A DNA stretch of 47,976 nucleotides, from IMG/VR virus record IMGVR_UViG_2512047041_000006. One strand, given 5' to 3'. Below, piece by piece: positions 8,974 through 16,850 of the stretch. Below the pieces are notes generated by a model. That model saw nothing but the letters and a program-made list of their open reading frames with translations, was not told the DNA's origin and did not search any database. Made by a program: the position numbers and the translations under genes. The number at the start of each line of letters is the position of its first letter. The stretch's first letter is position 1. Origin of the DNA: a virus (Duplodnaviria > Heunggongvirae > Uroviricota > Caudoviricetes).

Positions 8974-9744
8974 ATGGAAACCGTATCTGACGCACTGAAA
9001 GCACTGAAAAAAGCCTCTTCACATGTGGTGGCAGCTCGCCTTGGAATCAGTCGTGAAGAGGCTGTCAACGAGCTGTGGGAACTCAAAAGAAAAGGCGTCG
9101 TTGATAAAACTGGTCACACCTGGTTTCTGGCTGGCGAAGGTGAATCCCGGGTAACCGAAGAGCGGCCAGTAAAATCTGAAGCACAGGATATGCTGACCGG
9201 GGAGGTCGAACAAAAAGTTACCGCAGACATGATGATTGAGTTTATCGGTCAGGATGGGGCTAAAACGTGTGAGGAACTGGCGGGTAAGTTCGGTGTCAGT
9301 ACTCGCAAGGTTGCTTCCACGCTGGCGGTGGTAACCGCAACGGGGCGGCTGGCACGCGTTAATCAGAACGGTAAATTTCGTTACTGCATGCCGGGCGATA
9401 ATTTACCAGCAGAGCCGAAAGCCGCGCTGGTAACGGAAAGTGATGGTAAGGCCTTTCCTCAGCCAGCAGGTGCTGCGTTACCAGTCCGGGAAGCCGCAAC
9501 ACAGGAAGAAATTAAAACAGAAACTGTGGCGGACATTGTGCAGCCGTTGCCATCGTTTACCGAAACGCAAGCAGATGAGCTGATTTTTCCGTCCCTTCGC
9601 AGGGCAAACCTGGCGCTGCGCAGGGCGAAAAGTGATGTTCAGAAGTGGGAGCGAGTCTGCGCCGCGCTGCGGGAGCTGAACAAGCACCGGGATATTGTTC
9701 GACAGATTACTGATTCTTCCCGCCGTGTTGTATCGGAAAAGTGA
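8974..9744 (+). CDS. Hypothetical protein with two wHTH-like segments
   Basis: 256-aa ORF following dnaC-like gene; no family recognised. Confidence 0.5.
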   Translation: METVSDALKALKKASSHVVAARLGISREEAVNELWELKRKGVVDKTGHTWFLAGEGESRVTEERPVKSEAQDMLTGEVEQKVTADMMIEFIGQDGAKTCEELAGKFGVSTRKVASTLAVVTATGRLARVNQNGKFRYCMPGDNLPAEPKAALVTESDGKAFPQPAGAALPVREAATQEEIKTETVADIVQPLPSFTETQADELIFPSLRRANLALRRAKSDVQKWERVCAALRELNKHRDIVRQITDSSRRVVSEK

Positions 9745-9759
9745 TTGCCGGAGGCGCTT

Positions 9760-10185
9760 ATGGCAAAAGTATTTACACAAGAAGAGCGGGAAAAAATTAA
9801 AGGGCAGGTTGTTGAACTTGTACGTCTGAGCGGTCGCGAGACGTTGCGGCAACTGGAAGCCAGGACAGGTGCGACAAGATATCTGATGAGTGTTCTCGCC
9901 AGAGAGCTGGTTGCCAGTGGCGATGTATACAACTCTGGTTACGGGTTATTCCCGTCTGAACAGGCGCGTAAGGACTGGCAAAATGCTCGCAAAAAACTCT
10001 CAAGGGCAAAGGTGAAGAAACCTGCAGTGGTTGATCCGGACCTTATCTGGTCGTTACCAGACGGCGAAATACGCCGCTACGACAGGCGCCTGAATATAAT
10101 CTGTCGCGAGTGCCGGAAGAGCGAAGCTATGCAGCGTGTACTGGCATTTTATCAAGGAAATGTTAGGTATTTTAGACGTTACTAG
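9760..10185 (+). CDS. Hypothetical protein
   Basis: ATG 9760 preceded by GGAGG; 141 aa; ORF track begins at 9745. Confidence 0.45.
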   Translation: MAKVFTQEEREKIKGQVVELVRLSGRETLRQLEARTGATRYLMSVLARELVASGDVYNSGYGLFPSEQARKDWQNARKKLSRAKVKKPAVVDPDLIWSLPDGEIRRYDRRLNIICRECRKSEAMQRVLAFYQGNVRYFRRY

Positions 10186-10338
10186 ATTAAAGAGCATTAG
10201 TTCAGATGTGAATTGACATTTTCATGGCGCAGGGTAGAGCCAGCGTGGTTGTCCGCTTTGCGTCAAAACCAGATATTACCAGATTTAGACATATATTCCC
10301 GATAGACCTGCTCTGATGCTACACTCTGTGCTATTTTC

Positions 10339-11025
10339 ATGACCCCAATAAAAATATTTATGACTATTGCTGATTTCAAACGGCCTAAATTGGAGCTCCC
10401 AAACGGGGCAAACAAACTACTACTGCACTCTTGCTGTGCTCCATGTTCCGGTGAAGTGATGGAGGCGCTTCAGGCCTCGGGAATCGACTACACCATCTTT
10501 TTCTACAACCCGAACATTCATCCTCAGAAAGAGTATTTAATTCGTAAGGATGAAAATATTCGCTTTGCTGAACAACACGGCGTGCCGTTTATCGATGCTG
10601 ATTACGACACCGACAACTGGTTTGAACGTGCCAAAGGAATGGAATGGGAGCCTGAGAGGGGGATCCGTTGTACCATGTGTTTTGACATGCGTTTTGAGCG
10701 GACAGCGTTGTACGCTGCTGAAAATGGTTTCAGTGTGATCAGCAGTTCACTGGGCATTTCACGCTGGAAAAATATGCAGCAGGTTAACGAGTGTGGGCGG
10801 CGAGCTGTTGCGCATTATCCGGGTATGGTGTACTGGGATTATAACTGGCGCAAGCAGGGCGGCTCGTCCCGTATGATTGAAATCAGCAAGCGCGAAAAAT
10901 TCTATCAGCAGGAATATTGTGGCTGTGTGTATTCTCTGCGCGATACCAATCTACACCGCAAATCTCAGGGACGCCCTCTTATCAAAATTGGCCAACTCCA
11001 CTACGGAAAAGAAGAGAAGGAGTGA
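10339..11025 (+). CDS. queH: Epoxyqueuosine reductase QueH-like (DUF208)
   Basis: 228 aa with the DUF208/QueH cysteine motifs [11 protein letters not shown] and EYCGC; alternative start at 10360; no obvious SD at either start. Confidence 0.72.
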   Translation: MTPIKIFMTIADFKRPKLELPNGANKLLLHSCCAPCSGEVMEALQASGIDYTIFFYNPNIHPQKEYLIRKDENIRFAEQHGVPFIDADYDTDNWFERAKGMEWEPERGIRCTMCFDMRFERTALYAAENGFSVISSSLGISRWKNMQQVNECGRRAVAHYPGMVYWDYNWRKQGGSSRMIEISKREKFYQQEYCGCVYSLRDTNLHRKSQGRPLIKIGQLHYGKEEKE

Positions 11026-11262
11026 TTTTATGGATCACCTTTCTGATTGATTTCATATTGGCGAGGTGACGTGAGTTAAGTAGAATGGCTGCGGGTGCTT
11101 GAGGCTATCTGTCTCAGGCATGAACACTGAAAGGCAGATAGAGAAAAGCCCCAGTTAACATTTCGCGTCCTGCAAGACGCTTAACATTAATCTGAGGCCC
11201 AATCTATGTCTCACAAATGTAGGTTAGCCTCTTACGTGCCGAAAGGCAAGGGGAAGCAGGCT

Positions 11263-11418
11263 ATGAAGCAGCAAAAGGCGATGTTAATCGCCCTGATCGT
11301 CATCTGTTTAACCGTCATAGTGACGGCACTGGTAACGAGGAAAGACCTCTGCGAGGTACGACTCCGAACCGGCCAGACGGAGGTCGCTGTCTTCACAGCT
11401 TACGAACCTGAGGAGTAA
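11263..11418 (+). CDS. hok: Hok/Gef family type I toxin
   Basis: 51-aa product MKQQKAMLIALIVICLTVIVTALVTRKDLCEVR.RTGQTEVAVFTAYEPEE, near-identical to HokD/RelF as recalled; in-frame upstream extension from 11206 may be a mok-like leader ORF. Confidence 0.85.
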   Translation: MKQQKAMLIALIVICLTVIVTALVTRKDLCEVRLRTGQTEVAVFTAYEPEE

Positions 11419-11486
11419 GAGACCTGGCGGGGGAGAAATCCCTCGCCACCTCTGATGTGTCAGGCATCCTCAACGCACCCGCACTT

Positions 11487-11514
11487 AACCCGCTTCGGCG
11501 GGTTTTGTTTTTTC
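11487..11514 (+). terminator. Rho-independent terminator after hok
   Basis: AACCCGCTTCGGCGGGTT stem-loop followed by TTTGTTTTTT. Confidence 0.6.
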
Positions 11515-11584
11515 TGGCATTCTGGTTTACAATTCGCACGTCAGCCTGAACACCTGACACCTGCTGCGCCAGCAGAGAAAACAG

Positions 11585-11857
11585 ATGGCGCACAAAACCA
11601 AATTTCACAATTCTGATACCGACCTTGCCATCCGGCATGGGCGGCGTTCACACGCATTTAAAACCGACTGGTACCAACACCCACCATGTACTGAAGAACA
11701 GGCCGAATGGCTAATTCATAACTACCGCAGACGCGGATACGAGATTAAGAAAGCCCTCAGCCTCGATTATCGTCACTGGATAATCTCCGTCAGGCTTCCT
11801 TACTCTGAACGCCCACCGCGTCCGTCCCGCACATTCCAGCAACGCATCTGGAGGTAA
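11585..11857 (+). CDS. Hypothetical protein
   Basis: 90-aa ORF upstream of and abutting DUF968 gene. Confidence 0.4.
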   Translation: MAHKTKFHNSDTDLAIRHGRRSHAFKTDWYQHPPCTEEQAEWLIHNYRRRGYEIKKALSLDYRHWIISVRLPYSERPPRPSRTFQQRIWR

Positions 11858-11858
11858 C

Positions 11859-12914
11859 GTGCGGGTATTACTTCGACCTGTTCTGGTACCGGAACTCGGG
11901 CTGGTGATCGTTAAGCCGGGCCGTGAATCCATGCCGGTATTCCACAATACCCGGGTACTGGTGGAGCCGGAACCGAAAAGCATGCGTAATCTGCCGTCCG
12001 GGGTCGTTCCTGCCGTTCGCCAGCCGCTGGCGGAGGATAAATCATTACTGCCATTTTTCAGCGACGAACGAGTGATTCGTGCTGCTGGTGGCGCTGGCGC
12101 ATTGTCTGACTGGTTACTGCGCCATGTTAAATCCTGCCAGTGGCCACACGGCGATTATCACCACAGTGAAACCGTCATTCACCGTTATGGTACCGGCGCA
12201 ATGGTGTTGTGCTGGCACTGCGACAACCAGCTGCGCGACCAGACCTCCGAATCACTCGGGCAACTTGCTCACCAAAACCTGTCTGCATGGATGATTGACG
12301 TCATACGCCATGCAATGAATGGCTCGCAGGAGCGGGAATTATCGCTGGCTGAATTATCCTGGTGGGCGGTCCGCAATCAGGTGGCGGACGCGCTACCGGA
12401 AGCGGTATTACGTCGTTCGCTGGGGTTGCGTGCGGAAAAAATCCGCTCAATGTACCGTGAAAGCGACATCGTACCGGGAGAGCAGACCGCCACCAGCATA
12501 CTGAAGCAGCGCACAAAAAATCTTGCGCCGCTGCCTCACGCCCACCAGCAAAACCCGCCACAGGAAAAGACGGTGGTCAGCATTGCCGTTGATCCGGAGT
12601 CACCGGCTCAGTATCTCCAGCGCCAGAAATCACAACGGGAAGAGATGCCTGTATACACGCGTTGGGTAAAAACGCAGAAATGCATGACGTGTGGCAATCA
12701 GGCAGATGATCCGCATCACATCATTGGTCATGGACTGGGAGGGATGGGAACAAAGGCTGATGATTTGTTTGTTATTCCGCTGTGCCGTAAATGCCATAGC
12801 GAACTACACGCCGGGGTAAAAGATTTTGAAGAAAAACACGGCAGCCAGCTGTTGTTGCTGATTCGTTTTTTAATGCACGCGAGAAATTCGGGTGTTCTGA
12901 AGTGGAAAGCATAA
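11859..12914 (+). CDS. DUF968-like protein with C-terminal HNH-like Cys/His motif (YdfU-like)
   Basis: 351 aa; C-terminal CMTCGN...HHIIGHG...CRKCHSELH motif; position in nin-like region upstream of rusA. Confidence 0.55.
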   Translation: MRVLLRPVLVPELGLVIVKPGRESMPVFHNTRVLVEPEPKSMRNLPSGVVPAVRQPLAEDKSLLPFFSDERVIRAAGGAGALSDWLLRHVKSCQWPHGDYHHSETVIHRYGTGAMVLCWHCDNQLRDQTSESLGQLAHQNLSAWMIDVIRHAMNGSQERELSLAELSWWAVRNQVADALPEAVLRRSLGLRAEKIRSMYRESDIVPGEQTATSILKQRTKNLAPLPHAHQQNPPQEKTVVSIAVDPESPAQYLQRQKSQREEMPVYTRWVKTQKCMTCGNQADDPHHIIGHGLGGMGTKADDLFVIPLCRKCHSELHAGVKDFEEKHGSQLLLLIRFLMHARNSGVLKWKA

Positions 12915-13280
12915 ATGACTGAACGCATAGAATTTGTTTTGCCTTACCCGCCAACGGTGAACACTTACTGGCGACGTCGTGGCAGCACATATTTTGTATC
13001 AAAAGTCGGTGAGCGTTATCGCCGTGATGTGGCGCTTATTGTTCGCCAGCAGCAACTGAAATTAAACCTGTCCGGAAGGCCGGCAATAGAAATTATTGCA
13101 GAGCCACCGGATAAGCGCCGTCGTGACCTGGACAATATCCTGAAGGCACCACTGGATGTACTGACGCATGCGGGGCTGCTCATAGACGACGAGCAGTTTG
13201 ATGAAATTAATATTGTGCGCGGTCAGCTTGTTCCTGGTGGGCGGTTGGGGATAAAAATCACAGAACTGGAGTACGCATGA
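12915..13280 (+). CDS. rusA: Holliday junction resolvase RusA
   Basis: 121 aa; characteristic RusA sequence (YPPTVNTYW...RRDLDNILKAPLDVLTHAGL..DDEQ). Confidence 0.85.
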   Translation: MTERIEFVLPYPPTVNTYWRRRGSTYFVSKVGERYRRDVALIVRQQQLKLNLSGRPAIEIIAEPPDKRRRDLDNILKAPLDVLTHAGLLIDDEQFDEINIVRGQLVPGGRLGIKITELEYA

Positions 13281-13966
13281 ATAACCAGTATTTACAGTTT
13301 GTTCGTGAGCAACTCATGATTGCCACCGCCGATTTGAGTGGATCAACAAAAGGGCAGCTTGAGGCCTGGCAGGAGAATGCCATGTTTGATACAGGGCGTT
13401 ACAGGCGTAAAAAAATCCGGTACCGCGATGAAGTGACTGGAAAAATGATAACGCGGGATAATCCACCAATCCCGGGAAAGCAATCGCTGGCGAAGGGGGT
13501 GTCAATTCCTCTCGTCAGTCCGGTTGAGTTTTCGACATCATCGTGGCGGCGGGCTGTTCTGTCTCTTGAAGAACATCATAAAGCCTGGTTGTTGTGGTGT
13601 TACAGCGGGAGTATTTGTTGGGAATATCAGATCGCGATAACGCAGTGGGTGTGGAATGAATTTAAAACCCGGTACGGCACCAGAAAAATTGCAGGGAAAA
13701 CGCAGGAGCGCGTGAAGAAGTTGATCTGGCTGGCGGCACAGGATGTCAGAGGATGGATTACCGGGTGTGAGGTCTACCAGAGACAGGAGCTTGCCAGACT
13801 GTGTGGAGTTAAGCCTGATAACTGGAGCCATAATTATGCGAACTACTGGCGTGAGATGTGCGATATTTTTAAGAGTCTCGATAGAGAATCTGTGATTTGC
13901 ACCGTGAAAATAAGAGCGCAACAAAAAGCGACTTTTTCACGACGAGATATTGCAAAAGTCAATTAA
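13277..13966 (+). CDS. Late-gene antitermination protein Q-like
   Basis: 229-aa ORF directly after rusA and directly before a strong bidirectional terminator hairpin (tR'-like); assignment mainly positional. Confidence 0.55.
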   Translation: MNNQYLQFVREQLMIATADLSGSTKGQLEAWQENAMFDTGRYRRKKIRYRDEVTGKMITRDNPPIPGKQSLAKGVSIPLVSPVEFSTSSWRRAVLSLEEHHKAWLLWCYSGSICWEYQIAITQWVWNEFKTRYGTRKIAGKTQERVKKLIWLAAQDVRGWITGCEVYQRQELARLCGVKPDNWSHNYANYWREMCDIFKSLDRESVICTVKIRAQQKATFSRRDIAKVN

Positions 13967-14027
13967 ATAGCGTACGTTTCGTATAAATCTGATATTTTGC
14001 CGATTTTGTACGCGATGGCAAAGTAAG

Positions 14028-14057
14028 AAAAAAAACTGCCGTCAGGCGGTTTTTTTT
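14028..14057 (+). terminator. tR'-like intrinsic terminator downstream of Q
   Basis: A8-CTGCC-GTCA-GGCGG-T8 hairpin flanked by A and T tracts (bidirectional). Confidence 0.65.
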
Positions 14058-14179
14058 ATGCCCAAAATCGCGTCAGTACAGTAAACACGCTGGTGGTTGC
14101 GAATACGGGTCTTTCAGCTTGCTGGCTTTTTCGACAAGAGTTATTGGTATGTCACGTTAACCGGAAAAAGGAAAAAGAC

Positions 14180-14377
14180 ATGCTAAAACAGCAGGATATG
14201 ACAGAAACCGCCAGAGTGGTGTTTAATGAATTAAGCGTTACCGAACCGGCGACAGTCGGGGAGATAGCGCAGAATACTTACCTTTCACGCGAACGCTGCC
14301 AGTTAATACTGACCCAGCTGGTTATGGCGGGTCTGGCAGACTATCAGTTCGGTTGTTACAGACGCCTTCAGTCCTGA
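14180..14377 (+). CDS. Small winged-helix DNA-binding protein
   Basis: 65-aa product from ATG 14180; ORF track extends it to 14093 from a GTG. Confidence 0.45.
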   Translation: MLKQQDMTETARVVFNELSVTEPATVGEIAQNTYLSRERCQLILTQLVMAGLADYQFGCYRRLQS

Positions 14378-14387
14378 AGGCTTTTTT
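14364..14387 (+). terminator. Rho-independent terminator
   Basis: GCCTTCA-GTCC-TGAAGGC hairpin followed by TTTTTT; overlaps stop of wHTH gene. Confidence 0.55.
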
Positions 14388-14403
14388 ATTTGTGGTAAAT
14401 GGG

Positions 14404-14434
14404 CGGCTGGTGGGTGTTAGGGGCACCCACCAGC
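14404..14434. promoter_or_regulatory. Perfect 12-bp-arm inverted repeat (candidate operator) upstream of methyltransferase
   Basis: GGCTGGTGGGTG-N7-CACCCACCAGCC; each arm carries the Chi octamer GCTGGTGG, one per strand. Confidence 0.4.
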
Positions 14435-14527
14435 CATCTGCTCATGCGTTGGGTTCACAAGCAAACCTCAGGCCCACTGCTTTGCGCAAAAGCAGAATGA
14501 GCCTATCAGAGACAGGCTTAATGATCC

Positions 14528-15577
14528 ATGCTTAATACTGTAAAAATATCCAGTTGTGAGTTAATCAACGCCGACTGCCTGGAATTTATCCGGTCGTTAC
14601 CCGAAAATTCTGTTGACCTGATAGTCACGGACCCGCCGTACTTTAAAGTGAAGCCTGAGGGCTGGGATAACCAGTGGAAGGGCGACGATGATTACCTGAA
14701 GTGGCTGGACCAGTGTCTGGCGCAGTTCTGGCGGGTGCTGAAACCTGTCGGAAGTCTTTACCTGTTCTGTGGTCATCGCCTGGCATCTGATATCGAAATC
14801 ATGATGCGTGAACGCTTCAGTGTGCTGAACCATATTATCTGGGCGAAGCCGTCCGGACGCTGGAACGGATGCAACAAGGAAAGCCTGCGGGCGTATTTCC
14901 CCGCCACAGAGCGCATTCTGTTCGCGGAACATTATCAGGGGCCGTATCGTCCGAAAGATGCCGGGTATGCGGCGAAGGGCAGTGCACTGAAACAGCATGT
15001 GATGGCCCCGCTGATTTCTTACTTTCGTGATGCGCGCGCTGCCCTGGGGATAACGGCAAAACAGATTGCAGATGCCACAGGAAAGAAAAACATGGTGTCG
15101 CACTGGTTCAGTGCCAGTCAGTGGCAGCTACCGAACGAAAGCGATTATCTGAAATTACAGTCGCTGTTTGCCCGGGTGGCAGAAGAGAAACATCAGCGCG
15201 GTGAACTGGAAAAGCCCCACCACCAGCTGGTGGATACGTATACGTCACTGAACCGGCAGTATGTGGAGCTGCAGAGTGAATATAAGCATCTGCGGCGGTA
15301 TTTTGGTGTGACGGCGCAGGTGCCGTACACGGATGTGTGGACACATAAACCGGTGCAGTTCTATCCCGGGAAACATCCGTGCGAAAAACCGGCAGAAATG
15401 CTGCAGCAGATAATCAGCGCAAGCAGTCGTCCGGGTGACCTGGTTGCAGATTTTTTTATGGGCTCAGGTTCAACGGTAAAAGCGGCACTGGCGCTTGGGC
15501 GTCGTGCGATTGGCGTTGAACTGGAGACCGGACGTTTTGAGCAGACAGTCAGGGAAGTTCAGGATTTAATCGTTTGA
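14528..15577 (+). CDS. DNA methyltransferase, N6-adenine/N4-cytosine (beta-class), orphan
   Basis: 349 aa; catalytic DPPY motif near N-terminus (LIVTDPPYF) and AdoMet motif FFMGSGST near C-terminus; no adjacent restriction endonuclease gene. Confidence 0.85.
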   Translation: MLNTVKISSCELINADCLEFIRSLPENSVDLIVTDPPYFKVKPEGWDNQWKGDDDYLKWLDQCLAQFWRVLKPVGSLYLFCGHRLASDIEIMMRERFSVLNHIIWAKPSGRWNGCNKESLRAYFPATERILFAEHYQGPYRPKDAGYAAKGSALKQHVMAPLISYFRDARAALGITAKQIADATGKKNMVSHWFSASQWQLPNESDYLKLQSLFARVAEEKHQRGELEKPHHQLVDTYTSLNRQYVELQSEYKHLRRYFGVTAQVPYTDVWTHKPVQFYPGKHPCEKPAEMLQQIISASSRPGDLVADFFMGSGSTVKAALALGRRAIGVELETGRFEQTVREVQDLIV

Positions 15578-15626
15578 AACGGATGAGATTGCAGAATTAA
15601 TTACGCACCATTATTATTCTGCTCCC

Positions 15627-15702
15627 GGCCCTTTAGCTCAGTGGTGAGAGCGAGCGACTCATAATCGCCAGGTCGCTGGTTCAAATCCAGCAAGGGCCAC
15701 CA
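15627..15702 (+). tRNA. ileZ: tRNA-Ile2 (anticodon CAT, lysidine type; ileX/ileZ-like)
   Basis: 76 nt with encoded CCA; full cloverleaf fits; near-identical to E. coli ileX as recalled. Confidence 0.85.
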
Positions 15703-15709
15703 TCACATA

Positions 15710-15786
15710 CCGCCATTAGCTCATCAGGAAAGAGCGCCAGCTTTCGAAGCTGGTTGCGCGGAGTTCGGGTCCCCGAAGGCGGTCCA
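15710..15786 (+). tRNA. tRNA-Arg-like (anticodon TCG), atypical
   Basis: 77 nt cloverleaf with encoded CCA, anticodon loop TTTCGAA; one acceptor-stem and one T-stem mismatch, T-loop TTCGGGT, discriminator T - possibly degenerate. Confidence 0.5.
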
Positions 15787-15799
15787 TTATCTGTATCCT

Positions 15800-15876
15800 G
15801 CGTTGTTAGCTCAGCCGGACAGAGCAATTGCCTTCTAAGCAATCGGTCACTGGTTCGAATCCAGTACAACGCGCCA
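15800..15876 (+). tRNA. tRNA-Arg (anticodon TCT, argU-like)
   Basis: 77 nt; canonical cloverleaf, T-loop TTCGAAT, anticodon loop CTTCTAA, encoded CCA. Confidence 0.85.
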
Positions 15877-15891
15877 CACTTATTTTCCCTG

Positions 15892-15914
15892 GCTCGCTTT
15901 TGCGGGCTTTTTTT
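15892..15914 (+). terminator. Rho-independent terminator after tRNA cluster
   Basis: GCTCGC-TTTT-GCGGGC hairpin followed by T7. Confidence 0.5.
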
Positions 15915-15920
15915 AAATGT

Positions 15921-16133
15921 CTCACAATTCAGGCGGTTGACTGTTGTCTGGTTTGCGGGGAGTTTGTTAAAAGAAACTGGCATGGTGAATCCCCCTGTGC
16001 GGAGGGGCAATCAGCGAGTAGGTATATGGGATAATCGCGGATTCAGGTGCTGGTACTGAATTCACCGGGAGGCACCCGGCACCATGCAATGGCACATAGC
16101 GCCACTCTCCAGCCCCTCTCCGGAGGGGCTTTT
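15921..16133 (+). repeat. Noncoding repeat module, copy A
   Basis: Shares ordered conserved blocks with copy B: CTCACAATTCAG, GTTGAC, TTGTTAAAA, GCATGGTGAATCCCCCTG-GCGGAGGGGC, TCACCGGGAGGCACCCGGCACCATG, AGCCCCTCTCCGGAGGGGCTTT. Confidence 0.6.
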
Positions 16134-16388
16134 CTGTGCCGGATACATCACAGTTTCTGGAACCTTAGGTACTACAGTATCAGTCAGGGTGCTATATTTT
16201 CAGATGTGATGAAAGCCTGTCAGCAGGCAGGGCGTATCGGAAATGACCCAGTAGAGAAAACGTTGACTCAGATACCGGTGCTGAGTTACCGGGAAACCGG
16301 CATCACATGACCGCTATCCTTCCAGGCCCATCCGCTCCGGTGGGCCTTTTTACTGCAGAAAACAGGTTCCCCGTTAAATGCTATGTTG

Positions 16389-16620
16389 CTCACAATTCAG
16401 TAAGTTGACAGTTGCCTGTCAGACTGGGCATTTGTTAAAAAAATTTCGCATGGTGAATCCCCCTGAGCGGAGGGGCGACTGGTGACGGTATAATCTCTGA
16501 TTATCAAAACGAGAATGACGCGGGTTTAGTGGCACCGGGCTGAACTCACCGGGAGGCACCCGGCACCATGTGCATGATGATACAGATACGCGGCTTTAGC
16601 CCCTCTCCGGAGGGGCTTTC
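16389..16620 (+). repeat. Noncoding repeat module, copy B
   Basis: Second copy 468 bp downstream of copy A; contains a perfect TATAAT (in GGTATAATCTCT) and the same three GC-rich hairpins. Confidence 0.6.
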
Positions 16621-16850
16621 TTATGGACAAAAAAAGCCCGCGCTGGGAGACGCGGGCGGCAAGGAATAAACAATAAAACGTGAAGTAATATTTCAGCTGG
16701 CGAATAATACCCCATAGTAATCACTCTGCGCAACTGCGCGGTCTTTTTCGAATTGCGGGCTGTAGTCTCCCTTCTGCCATTGTCCTGTAACTTCCGGACT
16801 TCAGCCTGCTCCTTATCTGACTCACAACATTATCCCGCCCGGGAGGATTC

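Noticed and set aside
15921-16620. Possible CRISPR array suggested by repeated GC-rich hairpin sequences
   Set aside because: Only two copies of a ~215-230-bp module spaced 468 bp apart; no short regularly spaced repeats with unique spacers and no cas genes
15877-16850. Shiga toxin genes expected between tRNA cluster and nanS-p-like gene
   Set aside because: No ORFs of the size and character of StxA/StxB; the only track ORF (16047-16310) lies across the repeat hairpins and lacks an SD, so it is treated as noncoding
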